64,000 nt of DNA from Epiperipatus broadwayi (Eukaryota; Animalia; Onychophora): contig JAQFVV010000001.1 in assembly GCA_028023455.1 (NCBI GenBank), forward strand, positions 21,328,001-21,392,000, read 5' to 3'. Every line of letters starts with the position of its first letter. The first letter of the stretch is position 1. The position numbers were made by a program, and so were the translations under genes. Below the pieces are notes generated by a model. That model was not told the DNA's origin. It made no database searches and saw nothing but the letters and a program-made list of their open reading frames with translations. This document shows positions 26,297 through 40,179 of the stretch, one piece after another.

Positions 26297-26407
26297 TACT
26301 TGAATCTGCCTATATCATTTAAGCTATATATTATACTTGAATCTGCCTATATAATTTAAGCTATATATTATACTTGAATCTGCCTATATCATTTAAGCTA
26401 TATATTA
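26297..26407. repeat. 37-bp tandem repeat x3 in the element's 5' leader
   Basis: TACTTGAATCTGCCTATAT(C/A)ATTTAAGCTATATATTA occurs three times head-to-tail. Confidence 0.9.
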
Positions 26408-27229
26408 TAAAATTATTAACTATTAATTCTATAACACAAAATATATTTAAAAATTACCATACCTTTAGTTCTTTTGCCACTTTCCATCTGTTCTCTTTGC
26501 ACCTGGAATTGACTAAAAATCTTTATTAGAAAATTGATAATACAAAGTATAACAGAAAGCCAAAGCAAAGTATGATTTTCTCTCTTTTAAATATTTGCTT
26601 GCGTTTGAATCTCACTCAATGTAAGTTATGTTAACACATGAACTAACTGGTTGGCAAAATTTATAATTGTATAAATACAAGGCGCCATGCCAACATGGCA
26701 AGATTAATAACTTATTACACAATATTTAGGTTATTCATGCTCACAGAGATGGACACCAAAATTTCCTTTTGCATTGATCAAACAATTCAAAATTATTATA
26801 CTGAACAAATATATATTTTATTTTCAATGCTGTTTTGAAATCAACAAGATACATCACTATATGTATCTCTTTGCAATAATCTGCAACAGCTATAAAATTT
26901 ATTTCACATAAATAAACCTTATGTATACATAAAATAGTGTTTAAGGTGATTTTATGTTATAATCTAGCAAATAAAGCTAAGAAAATATTATGACAATATG
27001 CAAGTTATACAACATGGATTGACATCATTTAGAATAAAACAATTTATTTCATGAATAGTTATTATTTACTATAAACTAACAATGCGTGACTAACCTAAGT
27101 TTGAATATAGGAATTTAACTCAATTATCTATCATTTCCAAGGAGTGTGAGGCTATCATAAAATGTCAAAATTAATATTCTTCCCAGTAATTTATATTTAT
27201 CGATATCAATTTTCACTTTCGCTTGCATA

Positions 27230-27605
27230 AGAATATGTAAACCATTAAAGCATTTTGCCAACTACATCTGGCTGCTTGGTGTTACATAAAAGGTCTTCAC
27301 CTGCTTCGAGGTTACTCTAATAATAAGAAACGAACATTTAAAATATCAACTAGCAAGCAACTTTTCTTTTGCTAGCATGAGAACATGTAAACCATTTAAG
27401 CATTTTGCCAACTGCATCTGGCTGCTTGGTATTACATAAAAGGGTCTTCACCTGCTTTGAGGTTACTCTAAGAATCAATGTCATTGAAGCATAATGTCCA
27501 CTACATTGGACCGCTTGACATAGAATTCTATTTTTAAGGTCTTCACCTGCTTTGAGGCTACTAATAATAGGAAACGAACATTTTAAATACTTGCTAGCAA
27601 GCAAT
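27230..27605. repeat. ~150-bp tandem repeat (about 2.5 copies) in the element's 5' leader
   Basis: GCATTTTGCCAACT(A/G)CATCTGGCTGCTTGG...AAGGTCTTCACCTGCTT(C/T)GAGG...GAAACGAACATTT recurs at ~27250 and ~27400, and partially at ~27535. Confidence 0.8.
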
Positions 27606-28124
27606 ACTTTTATATTAAAGTTTTTAACATAATATCGATATTGGATACTTCTAAATATCAAAACTGAGATATACACTACTTAATTCTGACAAAGAAAAAT
27701 TATTTCTTTCATCCATTCTACCCCTTGCTCCAATCTACTCTTACTACCTTTCTAACACTTTAATTTTCTTTCTCCTTATTGTCACGAACACATATTAACA
27801 AATGTATAATATATATACACTGAGATAGTACAAGCTACACATATAATTAATTTATATATCTATTAACTATCTTATTACTTTTTAAATAATTATTTTGACT
27901 AACAATACTGTTTTACTCATATAGCTTATGGTATTTAACCAACAAAATTAATTAATGAGCCTACATTTAGATAATCTTGGAGACATTAAAATATAAGCCA
28001 CCAAAAACATAAACACTTTACAAGGTCTGGTATTTAATTAATATAGACCCCAATGATTGAGCCAACAACAAGATAAGCAGTCTACAGGGTGTGAGATTTA
28101 ATTAATCGAAGCCCCAAATGTTTG

Positions 28125-28132
28125 GGTCGCCA
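28125..28132 (-). promoter_or_regulatory. candidate primer-binding site (tRNA-Arg-like, TGGCGACC)
   Basis: TGGCGACC is complementary to the ...GGUCG-CCA 3' end of metazoan tRNA-Arg(UCG), the primer of 412/mdg1-type Gypsy elements. The match is only 8 nt and lies 24 nt from the LTR end. Confidence 0.45.
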
Positions 28133-28156
28133 AGCCCAAGAAAGAAAAAAAAATCC

Positions 28157-30916
28157 TGTACCGGTCAGAATTGTATGTTCATTTAACAAGGTTTAGAATC
28201 TAAGCAAAAGTACCCTAAATCCACTCATGCCCGAGATACACAGGTCAGGAGCAATCATGAATTCTGCCCTATTTGCTCTTCTCTAAAACTATAACATTAT
28301 AAACAACACTTCTGATGATAACATGAAATTTTATTCATTCTGGTCCCAGAGACACAGCAGAGAAACATGAGATCTATAGGGTAATTAATGTAAATAAATA
28401 ATATCAAATCTTGGCTCAATCAAATATCTTATGTGAAGGGGCAATTTATAAATTTTAAATGAATTGCACACAGCTAGCATTGCAAAAGAAACATGAATTA
28501 TAAAATAGTATCCATCCAGAATGAGCAAGAACAGAATAACCCAGAGATAAATATCTATTTGAAGTAATCAGTTATAACTTCTAAATAATATTAATATTAT
28601 TATAAATATTTAATGGAATTCAATGAGTGAGAGTCAGTAAGACACAACGCATGAGTAATTATTAAAACATAATAATTTAATAAATATAAACAATTTAATT
28701 TACATTAGAAAACATAGCACAGATTTAATGCGGTTATTACTTTGCATATAAGCAACTGATTTAGTATGCTAATGAGTTATAGTATAATAATAAATTAATG
28801 TTATCAATGCGGTGATCATTACTTTAAGTAATGATAAGGACATTTACAAATTCATCTCTAAAGAGAGGTTTACTCTTGATATGATAGTTAATAATTTATC
28901 GTTTATGAGCATATTTGGGCCTGTACAAATGAGGAATGGGTTAGCCTAAATTAGCTTTACTGTGACAATCCTAAAATATTCGACTAATTATAAAATGAGT
29001 GGTTTACAAACATCACTGCACCACGTCTTATAAATAATATGAGAACTACCCATAAAAGAACTCGCAGTGCTAACTATAATGACAGCGTTTAAAATGGAGA
29101 AGATGTCCATCTTTGGACTGAAAAACTTTATCACATATATGATTCCTCTTGTATTTATCACAAGGCAGTATTCGAAAATATGAGTGGTAAGGATTCCATG
29201 GTACACCCTCCAACATGTCACATGCATAGCCTTAATACTCTAATGTTTATCCTGAGATCGGTTCTACCAAACCTCATTCCTAGACGAGTTACGTGAAGAA
29301 AATCCGGAGTTCAGATGATAAATATGATAAAGCAAAATATAAGTACTTTAAAATGCTATCGTAAGTAAGCAATGCGAATATGGCTTAAGTCTTAAATGAC
29401 TAATGAAATAATTTAAGCTTAAATAAAGCAATAATATCATGTGTAATGCCATGATAAAATAATAACCCACTCAGCATCGTACGTATAACTTTAATAAATT
29501 TAGGATGTCGAATATAGAAGAGGGAAAATATTATTTCCTATTTAACAAGTCCAAGTATTTTAAATGACAATATATTATAAGCAATTTAACTCTTAATGGC
29601 ATATAAATAATAAATAGTTATTAAAATATATTAATAATCAAATTTATTTTAAGAAGATAAAATGCATTTAAATATCGATAGTGATGACAACAAAAGGTTT
29701 ATCTTATACCATAATATAATTTTTAAACCATCTGCCATTAAGCATATATTTCAAATATTTAACCGAGTGAACAGCGTTCAGTAAGAAATTTTACGTTTAA
29801 CTATTTAAATATTCCAAAATATCGGAATGATGATTGAAATAATATAAGTTCGCTAGATTAAAACATTAGCATACTAAAACTAATTTAATAAGATATATAT
29901 TTAAAATAAGTTTTGCCGCATGAAATAAAATAATTATAGTGTGAAACTTAAAAAGCTAATGATAGATTTAAAGTACATAATTCTGTGCTTAGCGTTTCAA
30001 AGAACGAGTTTAAAAACTTAAGAGAGAAAATCACAAATTTAACGATAATTAAGTTTATAGTCAGTTATAAAATAAATAAAGATTACATTCTGATTACAAT
30101 TAAGATTTAGAAAAGAAATGAAGTGAGGAGAATTAAGAGTTCATTCTTCGGCAAAACAGATTACCTTAAGTATTTATGGTGGCCATTTAGCATAAAAACA
30201 TGAAGTTTGGATGCAAAGGCAGAATATTGACAAAATAATGGTAAACATCTTCAAATAGTTCTTCCACAGTTAAACATAACAGTTCTCAAGTAACGATGGC
30301 ATGGCAGAAGGCAGGACAGAAGCGATTTAAGATCAGGGAGGCAAATTCCTTTTACTCACAGTCCATTTTGTTTCCACTCTCTACACAAATACCAGAGAGA
30401 AGAGTGATTATTACTCCTTTTGTGCGTTCCTAGAATTTCTGCTTCTCCTATACTTGAAATTTGGCAATATTGGAAGATGTAAACAATACGTTCCAGAAAG
30501 CATTATTTAAATGTATTTTTTAAAATTGCAAATAACTTTAAAATATGATTTTTGGTTTGACTTGAAATGAGAATGACATTTTTAAAGTGTAATAATACTT
30601 TTTAGAATTTTCTGGCATTGCTTTAGCTTTACATTAATTTTATTTATTTTTATATCTGTAATACATATATGCACATACACAATTATCCAAGTGAAGGGAA
30701 TTTACAAGCTTGAAAATAAAATATACTTAAGCTAAAATAATAATTCAACTGGTTACACATAACCATTTCTTAAATAAACAGGGTGGAAGTTATATGCATG
30801 TGCTTAACATTCCTGGATGACCAAATAAACATATAAACTGGTTCAAACCCTACTTTAAAGGTATGTAATGTCATCAGACAGTGAAGTTAAATATGTACTA
30901 CAGATTTACCACTTCA
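28157..30916 (-). repeat. 5' LTR (2760 bp)
   Basis: Minus strand starts TGAAGTGGTAAATC and ends ATTCTGACCGGTACA. Near-identical to 19633-22384 (5 mismatches in one 120-bp block compared by eye). Confidence 0.92.
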
Positions 30917-31649
30917 ATATATTAACGTTTGACTAGATTTAAAAATCATATATGAGCTAAAACTGTTAGATAATCTCTAAATTAGTAAATAATTAGTAAT
31001 AATCATTAACATATTTATATGAATTGTGTCAAAGTTGTGTATGCATAAATTTGACCTTGTAAATCATATTGTATTAAAAATGGAGAAAATAATATATATA
31101 TTGAACCAAATGCATTATCTATTTAAAAAGTTCCATCATGAAATTAAAACATATTTTGTTTTATAAAGTTTTAAAAGAAAACTATTTTAAAGTTTTATAT
31201 GTTATAGCAGACATATGCAGCTATATTTTAATCTGTGATTTTAATTTTGTCTTCAATCGATTTTACTTTTCAGTTTAAAAATGTTTCTTTTGACACTTTT
31301 TTTAATCAAATTGTAAAAATATTTTAATTTGAAAACTTTTAATCTTTTGGAAAGAGCTTTTCATTTTGGAGAGTTTTATTTGCATTCCTGTTTTTTTGTT
31401 TGTAATCTAATTTTAATTTATTTGTAAAAAGAAGGCTGAAATTTAATTTTACACTTACTTTTTTTTTTAATTCTTTTGTATAAAATAGGAACCCTGGTCA
31501 GATTTTTAATTAAGATTGAGTCTGAGGTAGAGATTTTCCCTGAGCAAAAACTGCTAATTAAAGATGTATTTGGATATAAGAGTACATATAAATAACCCTG
31601 AGATTTCATACTAATTATTATTTGGCTATTTATTTTTATTCTGCTTGTT

Positions 31650-33000
31650 GAATTTTATCTTTCAGTATGCTGTCTTATATTTTAAAGATTGGTGTCTTCT
31701 GTTAGGAAATTCTTCTGATATCATACTATGAACCACTATGGTTAAATAGCACTGTTCTCTGAAAAATGCTAAAATTATCTGCCATGATGAATTTTTACTA
31801 CAACATACAGTGCTAAATCAATCTGAAAACAGACTCTGGATCCTGAGTTGTTCCTTCAAAGATCATGCCATAAAAGCATAAGAAAGAATTGATCCAGAAC
31901 TTGCCTCCATACTCTCTACCAAAAAGATAAATCAGAAGCCTTTATGATGGACTCAAATTAAGAAAAGCTTTGCCTGTCTCACTGGAAGAAATCTGACAGA
32001 CTTTACATTAGGCTTCATGATAAAAGATTTTTATATTCTAATCAGGTTTTAAATCTGTTAAAGTCTCAGCTTAATCTTAAATAATCCTGTATTTATTATA
32101 TAGTTTGAATATTTCTTTGATGGTTTTAATGTTCTTATATATTTTTTACTAGTATATTTTAGTTTTTTTTTATTATGCATTTGTCTGAGAGTTTATTGTG
32201 AGTTTCTATTTTAAATGCTTAGTGTTTTTATTTATATTACTAATGTGTGATAAATGCTTTGGCAGATATTCATAATTTGATTTTAACTTACCTGTCCTTT
32301 ATTCTTTCCTTGTAATTTATTTAGCTAAGCTTGATTTGCAATTTCTGCAAACCATAAATCTTTTGCCTAGCAGTTTATCAAGAAGAGTGTTCTGTTTTTC
32401 CTAGATCAGAGATTTTATTTTCTTCTATTTAAGATTATACATAATCATAATCTTTTCTTGTTTTATTTTTTTTCTTGTATTTGAGTCAACCTTGATATCT
32501 TGAATGTGATTTATCAGCTGTTCTGCAGACATATGACATTCTTAGTCCCAATGCTTTTTTCAGGGCCATGGAAAGATCACCTGAGCTGTTTCCTTACAAG
32601 TCCACTTTATTTTTGAAATCTCTAGGGAAAGTGTAATTAGTTTTTATAAATCATCAGGAAGATAGTTTAAATCCCACTTTTTAAATCATAGGTGAGAAAA
32701 AAAACTTATCTGCCAGAGTATTTAATGTTTTCAATACTCTTGTACACTCTCTGATAAATACACTAGTAAAATCTAGATAAAAACTTTTGTATTTTGTTTG
32801 CCTGAGATTTATTTTTTTTGCTTGAATTTAATGAACTTTAAAATTATTTAAAATTATTCTGAGCTGATGTTTGTCTCTGTATTCTTTTCTCAATTGTCTG
32901 AACAATCTTAAAGATCTTTTTCTCTTCCTGGGTCTAGCTTGTGGCATTCATCATCATTAACTTTTGATGACTGTAAATTAAAATTTCTAGGTTGTTGGAA
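31650..33000 (-). pseudogene. possible decayed LINE RT remnant
   Basis: Minus-strand GTTQD (PQG-like, ~31855) and MADNFSIF (YADD-like, ~31785-31765) sit in a relatively GC-enriched block with many stops. Confidence 0.3.
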
Positions 33001-33044
33001 ACTTAGTGGTGCCCTTGGTAATCAAAAGAAGTGAAAAAGTGACC

Positions 33045-33160
<116 letters not shown>

Positions 33161-34532
33161 AGTTAAAGTAATATTAAACTTTAATACTTAAAGTTTTAAA
33201 TTCAAATCTGCTATTTTTAAGTTTAATGTTTTATTTTATGCTTTTTACGAACACTATAATTTAAACTTTCCAATCCATGCACACTTTAGTCATTAAAACA
33301 AATGCTGTACTTAAAATCCAACAATTATAAACTTTAATTTTATTCATACACGAGAAAGTAGCTTGTTTATAAATAAATATTTCCTGTTACTTTTACATGT
33401 AGAATAACATAAACTCTTTTATTTTCCCCTTTATATTTATAATGGCTAGACTCTGGTCATGTTAAACATTACAAGCTTATAAAAATAAAGTTAGAATGAG
33501 GAAATAATATTTAATTTTCTCATATTTTTATAATAATAATAATAATAATAAGTATTAATTTAGTTAAATATTTTTTATTTATCAAATAATAATATGACAA
33601 TTCTAAACATAGTTTTTTTTTCAAAAAAAAATAATAATGTGAATATTTATAAGATGTTAGGGGTTAGTTATAAAAAAGAAAGGTATAAAATAAAATACAT
33701 ATTTTTGTTCTTTCTCTTCAGTAATTTTATTTACTAATTTTGAAAAAAGATACCAAGATAAATATTTTTACCCTTCAATAAGTTATAGATAAGTTTTAAT
33801 TTTAACTTTATAGAAGAGGTAATGAAATAGAGTGTTTTTAAAAAAACAGTGTTATGGTCTTTATTCCTGCAGCTATCTGTTTTATAAATTGGCAGTATGT
33901 GTTACTTGATTTCATTACAGTACAGTATTTAAGAGATTTGTATCCTAGTAAAACTATTCAAATTAAAGTAATCTTAAACATGTATATTTCTCTTGATCAC
34001 AATACAATCTCTAGGGTCTTATGATCTTGAATATGTAGGATTTATGTTTGTGTTTGGATATCCAGAAAGTTCTCTGGGTGACACAAAGATATCATCTTTA
34101 AAGCCCATTTATTGCAATTTATTTTTTTAGATTAAAAATTAATTTGTAGTAAGCCTGTACACTCATGTACTTTATGGACTGAGCATTAATGATGATCAGT
34201 ATGTTTCAGGATGCTAGCAATATTTTTATGATTAATAAATTAGCACTTAAGGATGTGTATGAGGAGGATTGTTGTATATCATGCTCTAAGTTTGACATTA
34301 ACTATTGAATCTCTTTTAAAATCCACACATAATGGATGACTAATAATTATATTTGATAAGTTCTGGTGATGCAGCTTATAAGTATAATTATTAGTGTAAT
34401 TACTTATATTATTATTACAGTGCTTATATTATGCTCCTCATATATTTATTTCTTCTTATTCTGTATTTGTTCATTGTCTATTTGTCAATTCATTGTTTTG
34501 ATATTGATTATTGATCAATAAGGATGGTGATG

Positions 34533-34534
<2 letters not shown>

Positions 34535-34612
<78 letters not shown>
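34535..34612. repeat. (TA)n microsatellite
   Basis: Perfect TA dinucleotide run. Confidence 0.95.
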
Positions 34613-34614
<2 letters not shown>

Positions 34615-37501
34615 TCAATTTCATACCATCTTTTTATTTAATAAAGATTTTGATTGTTTAAACAGATGTGCTTTTTCTTTTTTTTTTCTTTGTTTTATTT
34701 TTCTAAAAATTTAAAAAACTTTAGAATTATATTCACATATTATCAAAACCTTTAAATATGCAACTGTCTGATTTTTTTTACTCCATGCAATTTAATTCTC
34801 TCATTTAAATTTTCTTTTTTTCCTACATGAGATATGTTGAGATTTTAAAAGACATTTAAATTCATAAACTATGTTTCTTTTGTTTTCTTTATTAATATTC
34901 CCAATAGCAATTAATTATGATTGCAAGTTTTTGAATAGTTTACACAATATACTCAAATATCTATCCTTATTAAATATAGAAATCAGTTTATTTTTTGAAA
35001 GTTGGAATATTGTGGTTAATGCTTACAGTAGAAAGAGCAATTTTTTTCTCCTTATTTATTTATTATTATATAATTTCTATTTTTTCTTTTTGAAATTTCA
35101 TTTTTAATTGATTATATTGGATGAGTGCTTTAATTTAGTTTTGATTTAATTTTATATTACTTGCTATAATATTAATTCTATTAGTAAAGCTTTTTAATAA
35201 TCCAATGGAGCAATTAATTTAGAATGAGTAAAAAATATTTTATTAGTGGCATTTTCATTAATGGAAAAAAATTAATTGTTGTTTACTATTTTAATTGTTT
35301 TCATTTATTATTCCCTATTTTAATTTTGAAATATGAAAATTTAACATTTTTCATTACTACGTTTAGTATTTATTTTTGTATTTCTGTTTTTTATTTACCT
35401 GTCTCTATTTTAAAAAGAATAATATATATATAAAAAATCTGCTAATATATATATTGTAACCTGTACTTTGTACATTGGTTCTTGTACAAGCTAATTTAAA
35501 GGTAATAATCAATAGTGGCTAATGTTTAAAAAAAAATAGTAAGTAATAAATAATATTTAGCTATTTAGTGCCTTCAACCAAAATTGCAGTTTATAAAGCC
35601 ATTTGCTTAAATTAATATTTTAAAGTCAGAAGAAAAGCTTGTTAAATTAGATTAGGTTATAATAGGATGCATTATAATAAAAATGTAATTACTAATTTTA
35701 AAATGTGTTGGCTATTAAAGATATGTATTTTAAATAAGTAAAGTTGTAAAGACAATTTGGCTTAAATAAATTCAACTCTTATGGTTAAATAATAATTTTA
35801 AATGCAGTTGTTTAAATTAGCCTCAATTTAATGTTAAAGTAGTTTAAAAATAAAGAACTAGTTAACTTCCTTGACAAAATGTGTGTGCTTGAATGTTTGT
35901 GCTTGTATGTGTTTAATAATTACTTGGTCTTAATTGCTAAATAATATAATTCTAAAACTTAAAATTTCAATGTTAAAACATTATTAAGAAAATATGCAAA
36001 ATAGAGGGTTAATTTTATTAATTTATTGGATTTATTTTGTTATTAAAAAAAAATGAAAGAAGGAATTATTTTATTTGAGAATAGAATAATTATTTAAAAC
36101 ATTTTTTTTTATGTTTAAATTTCATTAATTAATAAGTTATAGAGTCTCTCTTTCATTCAGACAGTTATAGCACGTGATTTTTTTGTTTTGGATTGAGTAG
36201 AATAGTTATTAATTAACAAAAGGTCAATTAAACCTTTTAAAACCCAGGTGTCCCTCCTAAAAAGAAGTGGCTAAATTTGATTGACCAAGGTTGTTTTTTT
36301 CTATAAAAACAGCTGATCATCATGATAAGGTGGGACAATTACAACTTGGTCAACAGCTACTTAATTCCTGTACTCATTTCCAGAAGTGTGTAATTTTTTT
36401 TAATTATTTTTTTTTTTGAGCAAAAGTTTTAAGATTTATTTAAATTTCAAAACCATTAATAATGTGCTGAGAAAAATATAAGGTAACACTGTCTTTGTAT
36501 TCTCTTTCAACATTTGGATTTTTTTATCTATTACTTAAAATGTCTCGAAACACTAAATCAACTCTTCAATGTAAATTTCTTCGTTTTTGTTTAAATTTAA
36601 ACTGCATAATATTTTGGGTAATATGTTTCAAAAGATTTATTTATAATTTCATGTCAAACTTTATACTAATCCACTTTTGTTGCACTTATTATTATTATTG
36701 TAAAAGGAAGAACAAGTCAAAGTTTAGAGAAGAGCTTATTTTAATCATAACTTAAGAAAATTATACATATCATTTTACTGACATTTCTAATAGGATAGAC
36801 TATTTGAATAGAAAAATTATGTTTCCTGTTAAATATTGATATTATGTTCATCAACTCTAAGAAGAAAGGAAAAGTAAAGAATTAATTATGCAGTTATATG
36901 AAAATAATCTATTGTTTTAGACTAGAGATACTGCCAAGATATATTTGTTTTCTGTCTTGAACTAATACTATTAAAAACTTATTATCTGTAGAAAACCTGA
37001 AAATGACTTTTATATATTATTGTTGCTATAATGTTAAAAGTATAAAATTTTATCAAGATACGAATGGAGGAAACTTTAAGAAAGGAAATGTGTTTAATTA
37101 AACATTACTAAAAAAAAAACAATGCTTTTAAAAGAAATTTATTAACTTTAATTACCTAGAATTGACTTTTATCATTGCTTCATGAAAACTTATATATACG
37201 CGTGTGCTTATTAAAAAAATTATGTAAAAACTACAAATATATTATTTTGCTTTTATTTAAAACTGTGAATCCGGAAAGGAAAAGGAAAATTCTATAAAAT
37301 AAATAGCTCTATATTTTGATGTCATTAAATAAATATATTCCAAAAAAATATTATTATATTGGCCAACTTCTATGAACTGCCACTAATTTATAATATATTA
37401 TTAGAATTAAGAACTTTAATAATTATTTTCTATTGTTATTATTGTGCTTACCAGAATTCCATTTGCCATTTTTAAAAATGTTCATTTTCATTGACACGCA
37501 G

Positions 37502-37751
37502 TACATTTCCCCATATGAACAAGCCATCAGAGAAGGACTTTACAGACCCAGTAAATCACAATGGAAAGTTCCCATTAAATGGACTCATGTGTTTATTATT
37601 TTTTTATTATTCACATATGAATTTGACTTTCTTTTGGGTTCTAAATATTATTATGATATTATTATAATTTCACATGTCAAAGTAATTATATTGATATTAC
37701 TTTATTTAGGGGTTTATGCTAGAATGTGTTGGGATGTCCACACATTCCCAG
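37502..37751 (+). CDS. two candidate host exons (37502-37550, 37710-37751), product unknown
   Basis: ttttcattgacacgcAG|...|GTaaat and tactttatttAG|...|GTaatt flanks. The spliced reading YISPYEQAIREGLYRPRVYARMCWDVHTFP is open and phase-compatible with the exon at 48956. A second frame is also open, and no protein family was recognised. Confidence 0.28.
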
Positions 37752-40179
37752 GTAATTTTATATATCTATTACGTGCTGGGTTTTTTTTAATTTCATTCGC
37801 AAAGTATTTTATCAGTAAGAGATATTGATCTCTTTCATGTATTTGCTATTTTAAGATTTTGAGTATTTCAATCACTCAGTAGCTAAATAGTGCTTAAATA
37901 TTTGCTGGAAGTCTAGTATTTTTAATAATTATTATAACAGAATAGTTTACAGTTATATATATATATATATATCAGTTAATCATGAATCTAATTATTTTAG
38001 AATGCCATACTTTATTTTGCATTATGTCCACTTATTCATTTAATTTATATGCTATATTTTATATATGTGTGTACTTCTGTTATCCATTGCCCAAATTTAT
38101 GTGCTTTTTGTCTTAAATAATTTAATAGTTGTTTGACAAACTGCTATTGCTGGTTTCAGAGGTTGCTCATTGTTTGATAATTTTATGCGTATATTAAATT
38201 AGTTACCTTTAGTGTAAGTTGTGATCTTGCCATTGTTTGTTTATATGAGGTGTCTGCCTTACTAATTGTTATTATTTATAATCATTTATAAGATAATCTA
38301 CTATATAATCTTAATACAGTAGATGTCCATTTAAATAAACATCATTACTTATCAGTTTGACTTCAATTTATTTTTGATGCATTGTTCCTTTTTTTTCTAT
38401 GTAAATGTAATAACAGTCTGATTATCAACAGGTTATGTCCTCCAGTTATTTTGATGTTTTTAAATCCACATTGATTTTACAAATGTACTTAAATTTTGTA
38501 CAACTTTTAAGCATTTTATTATGCAAAATAGGCTTATATATTATAATCTTTTATTGTGCCTGCATGGGATTGAGAGATTCTCCCCATGGCTTATAGTTAT
38601 TCCATAAGTTTGATAGTGTTATATATTTTTTGTGATATTGATCATTTTATTGTTATTGAAGGTACCTATATCCCTGAAGAGGATCATTTATATTTCGTGT
38701 GTTTTCCCATATTTTCCTGATACACTGTGACAGAGTCCAGGCATCTTCTTTTTTCTACCTCAAAGATAGGCATTTGGAAGCCACCATTCTTTTTGATATT
38801 TACTTGCTCTGTGAAGCTTTGTTGTGCCTATCACTCATGATGAACTTTATATATTCCATCATAGTAGGTAAGGTAGTATTTGTATTTGAATTGGCATGGC
38901 AATGATTAGTAAGTTTTGAAGAGTTAGTTCTTCAGGTTGCATTATGTACAATGCTTAGTGGTAAATGGTGATGTCTGTATTGTGTTGCTGAGTCGATTGG
39001 CCAGCCTCAAGTAAACTAGCAATAGATTATAGTTGTATGCGTTTAATATTTAGCACTTGGCATTTGGATAATAGATACACAATATGTTTGCTGTATACCC
39101 ATTTGGATCAACTCACCGATGGAATTGTAAGTTCTTTGGTATTTAAATATTATTATTATTATTATTATTATTAGTCTGTGGACAGTAATTTAGTATGATT
39201 TATGTGTGACTTCTGGTAAATGGCCCATTTCTATTTAAAAAACAATGTAGAAACTTAGATTCATATTAGACCATCTTTGTTAAGTTGATTGCATTCTTTA
39301 ATTATTAATATTTTCACCAGCTTGTTAGTTCAAATTTAGTTAATGCATAATGCCAGATTTATATAATTGCCTATATCTAATGTTCATTGATACTGTATTA
39401 GTTTAATTTCTATAAAATTAGTCAATTACAATTTATCTAAATAGTGTGTTAAATTGCCTTTCAAGGTTGTAAATTACTTGACAAATATAAATGTTTTAGT
39501 TATATGATAGTTTAGCTTAGACCAGCTAAAACTTTTGGTATCATTTCTTTAAAAATTTCAATATGTTTAAAAAGTATATCAAGCTAGTTTGGGATGACTT
39601 AATTTCATTTATAAGTTAATTTTTGTGGAAATGTTTGTGTCAAACCCACTTATTGGTCCTGTAGTTAATCCTTATGATAACTAATAATAAAGGTTTGGAT
39701 GTGCTTATGTGTCAACTGATAAAAAAATGTATAATGACATTTGTAACAGCACTTGTAGTAGCAAGGAGTTCTGAGTATTATCTGTAAAATAAATAAAAAA
39801 AGAAAACTTGTATATAATATTTATGTTTGACACTTAATGTTTAATAAATTAAATTATTTTATTATTAAAATATACAGTTTCTGTTTTCCTTTTCTATATG
39901 TCAATTGTCTTGGGCTCACACACAAATCTCCATATATCTATTAGAATTAATGAGTTTATCATTTGCAAAGTTTATAATGTCACAGTTCTGATTTCTGTCA
40001 GATAAATTTGGGTAACAGATAATCTAAATGTACAGTTCCAAAAACTTGCTATATTTAATAAAAATCTTTTGTGAAGCTTTTCAATTTTAAAGAATGAAAT
40101 TTTATAGGAGAATAATTAGAATCGAATATTGTAAATATTCACTCAAAATTGATATAATTTAGGTTTAGATTATTCTAAC

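Larger units (their letters stand above)
19633..30916 (-). mobile_element. 11.3-kb non-autonomous Ty3/Gypsy-like LTR retrotransposon with ~2.75-kb LTRs and a captured host-like segment
   Basis: Direct repeats at 19633-22384 and 28157-30916, both TG...CA. Flanks are ATAT (even ATATAT) on both sides (19629-19632, 30917-30920). There is a PBS-like TGGCGACC at 28132-28125 and a PPT-like GGGAATG abutting the 3' LTR at 22391-22385. The internal ORFs are all on the minus strand, and no RT or RNase H motifs were found. Confidence 0.92.

Noticed and set aside
26297-26407. CRISPR-like array
   Set aside because: Head-to-tail repeats without unique spacers, in eukaryotic DNA, with no cas genes.
28136-28153. 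Purine run AAGAAAGAAAAAAAAA as a PPT implying plus-strand orientation of the LTR element
   Set aside because: ORF polarity, the PBS-like octamer, the integrase-tail stub and GGGAATG before the other LTR all support minus orientation.
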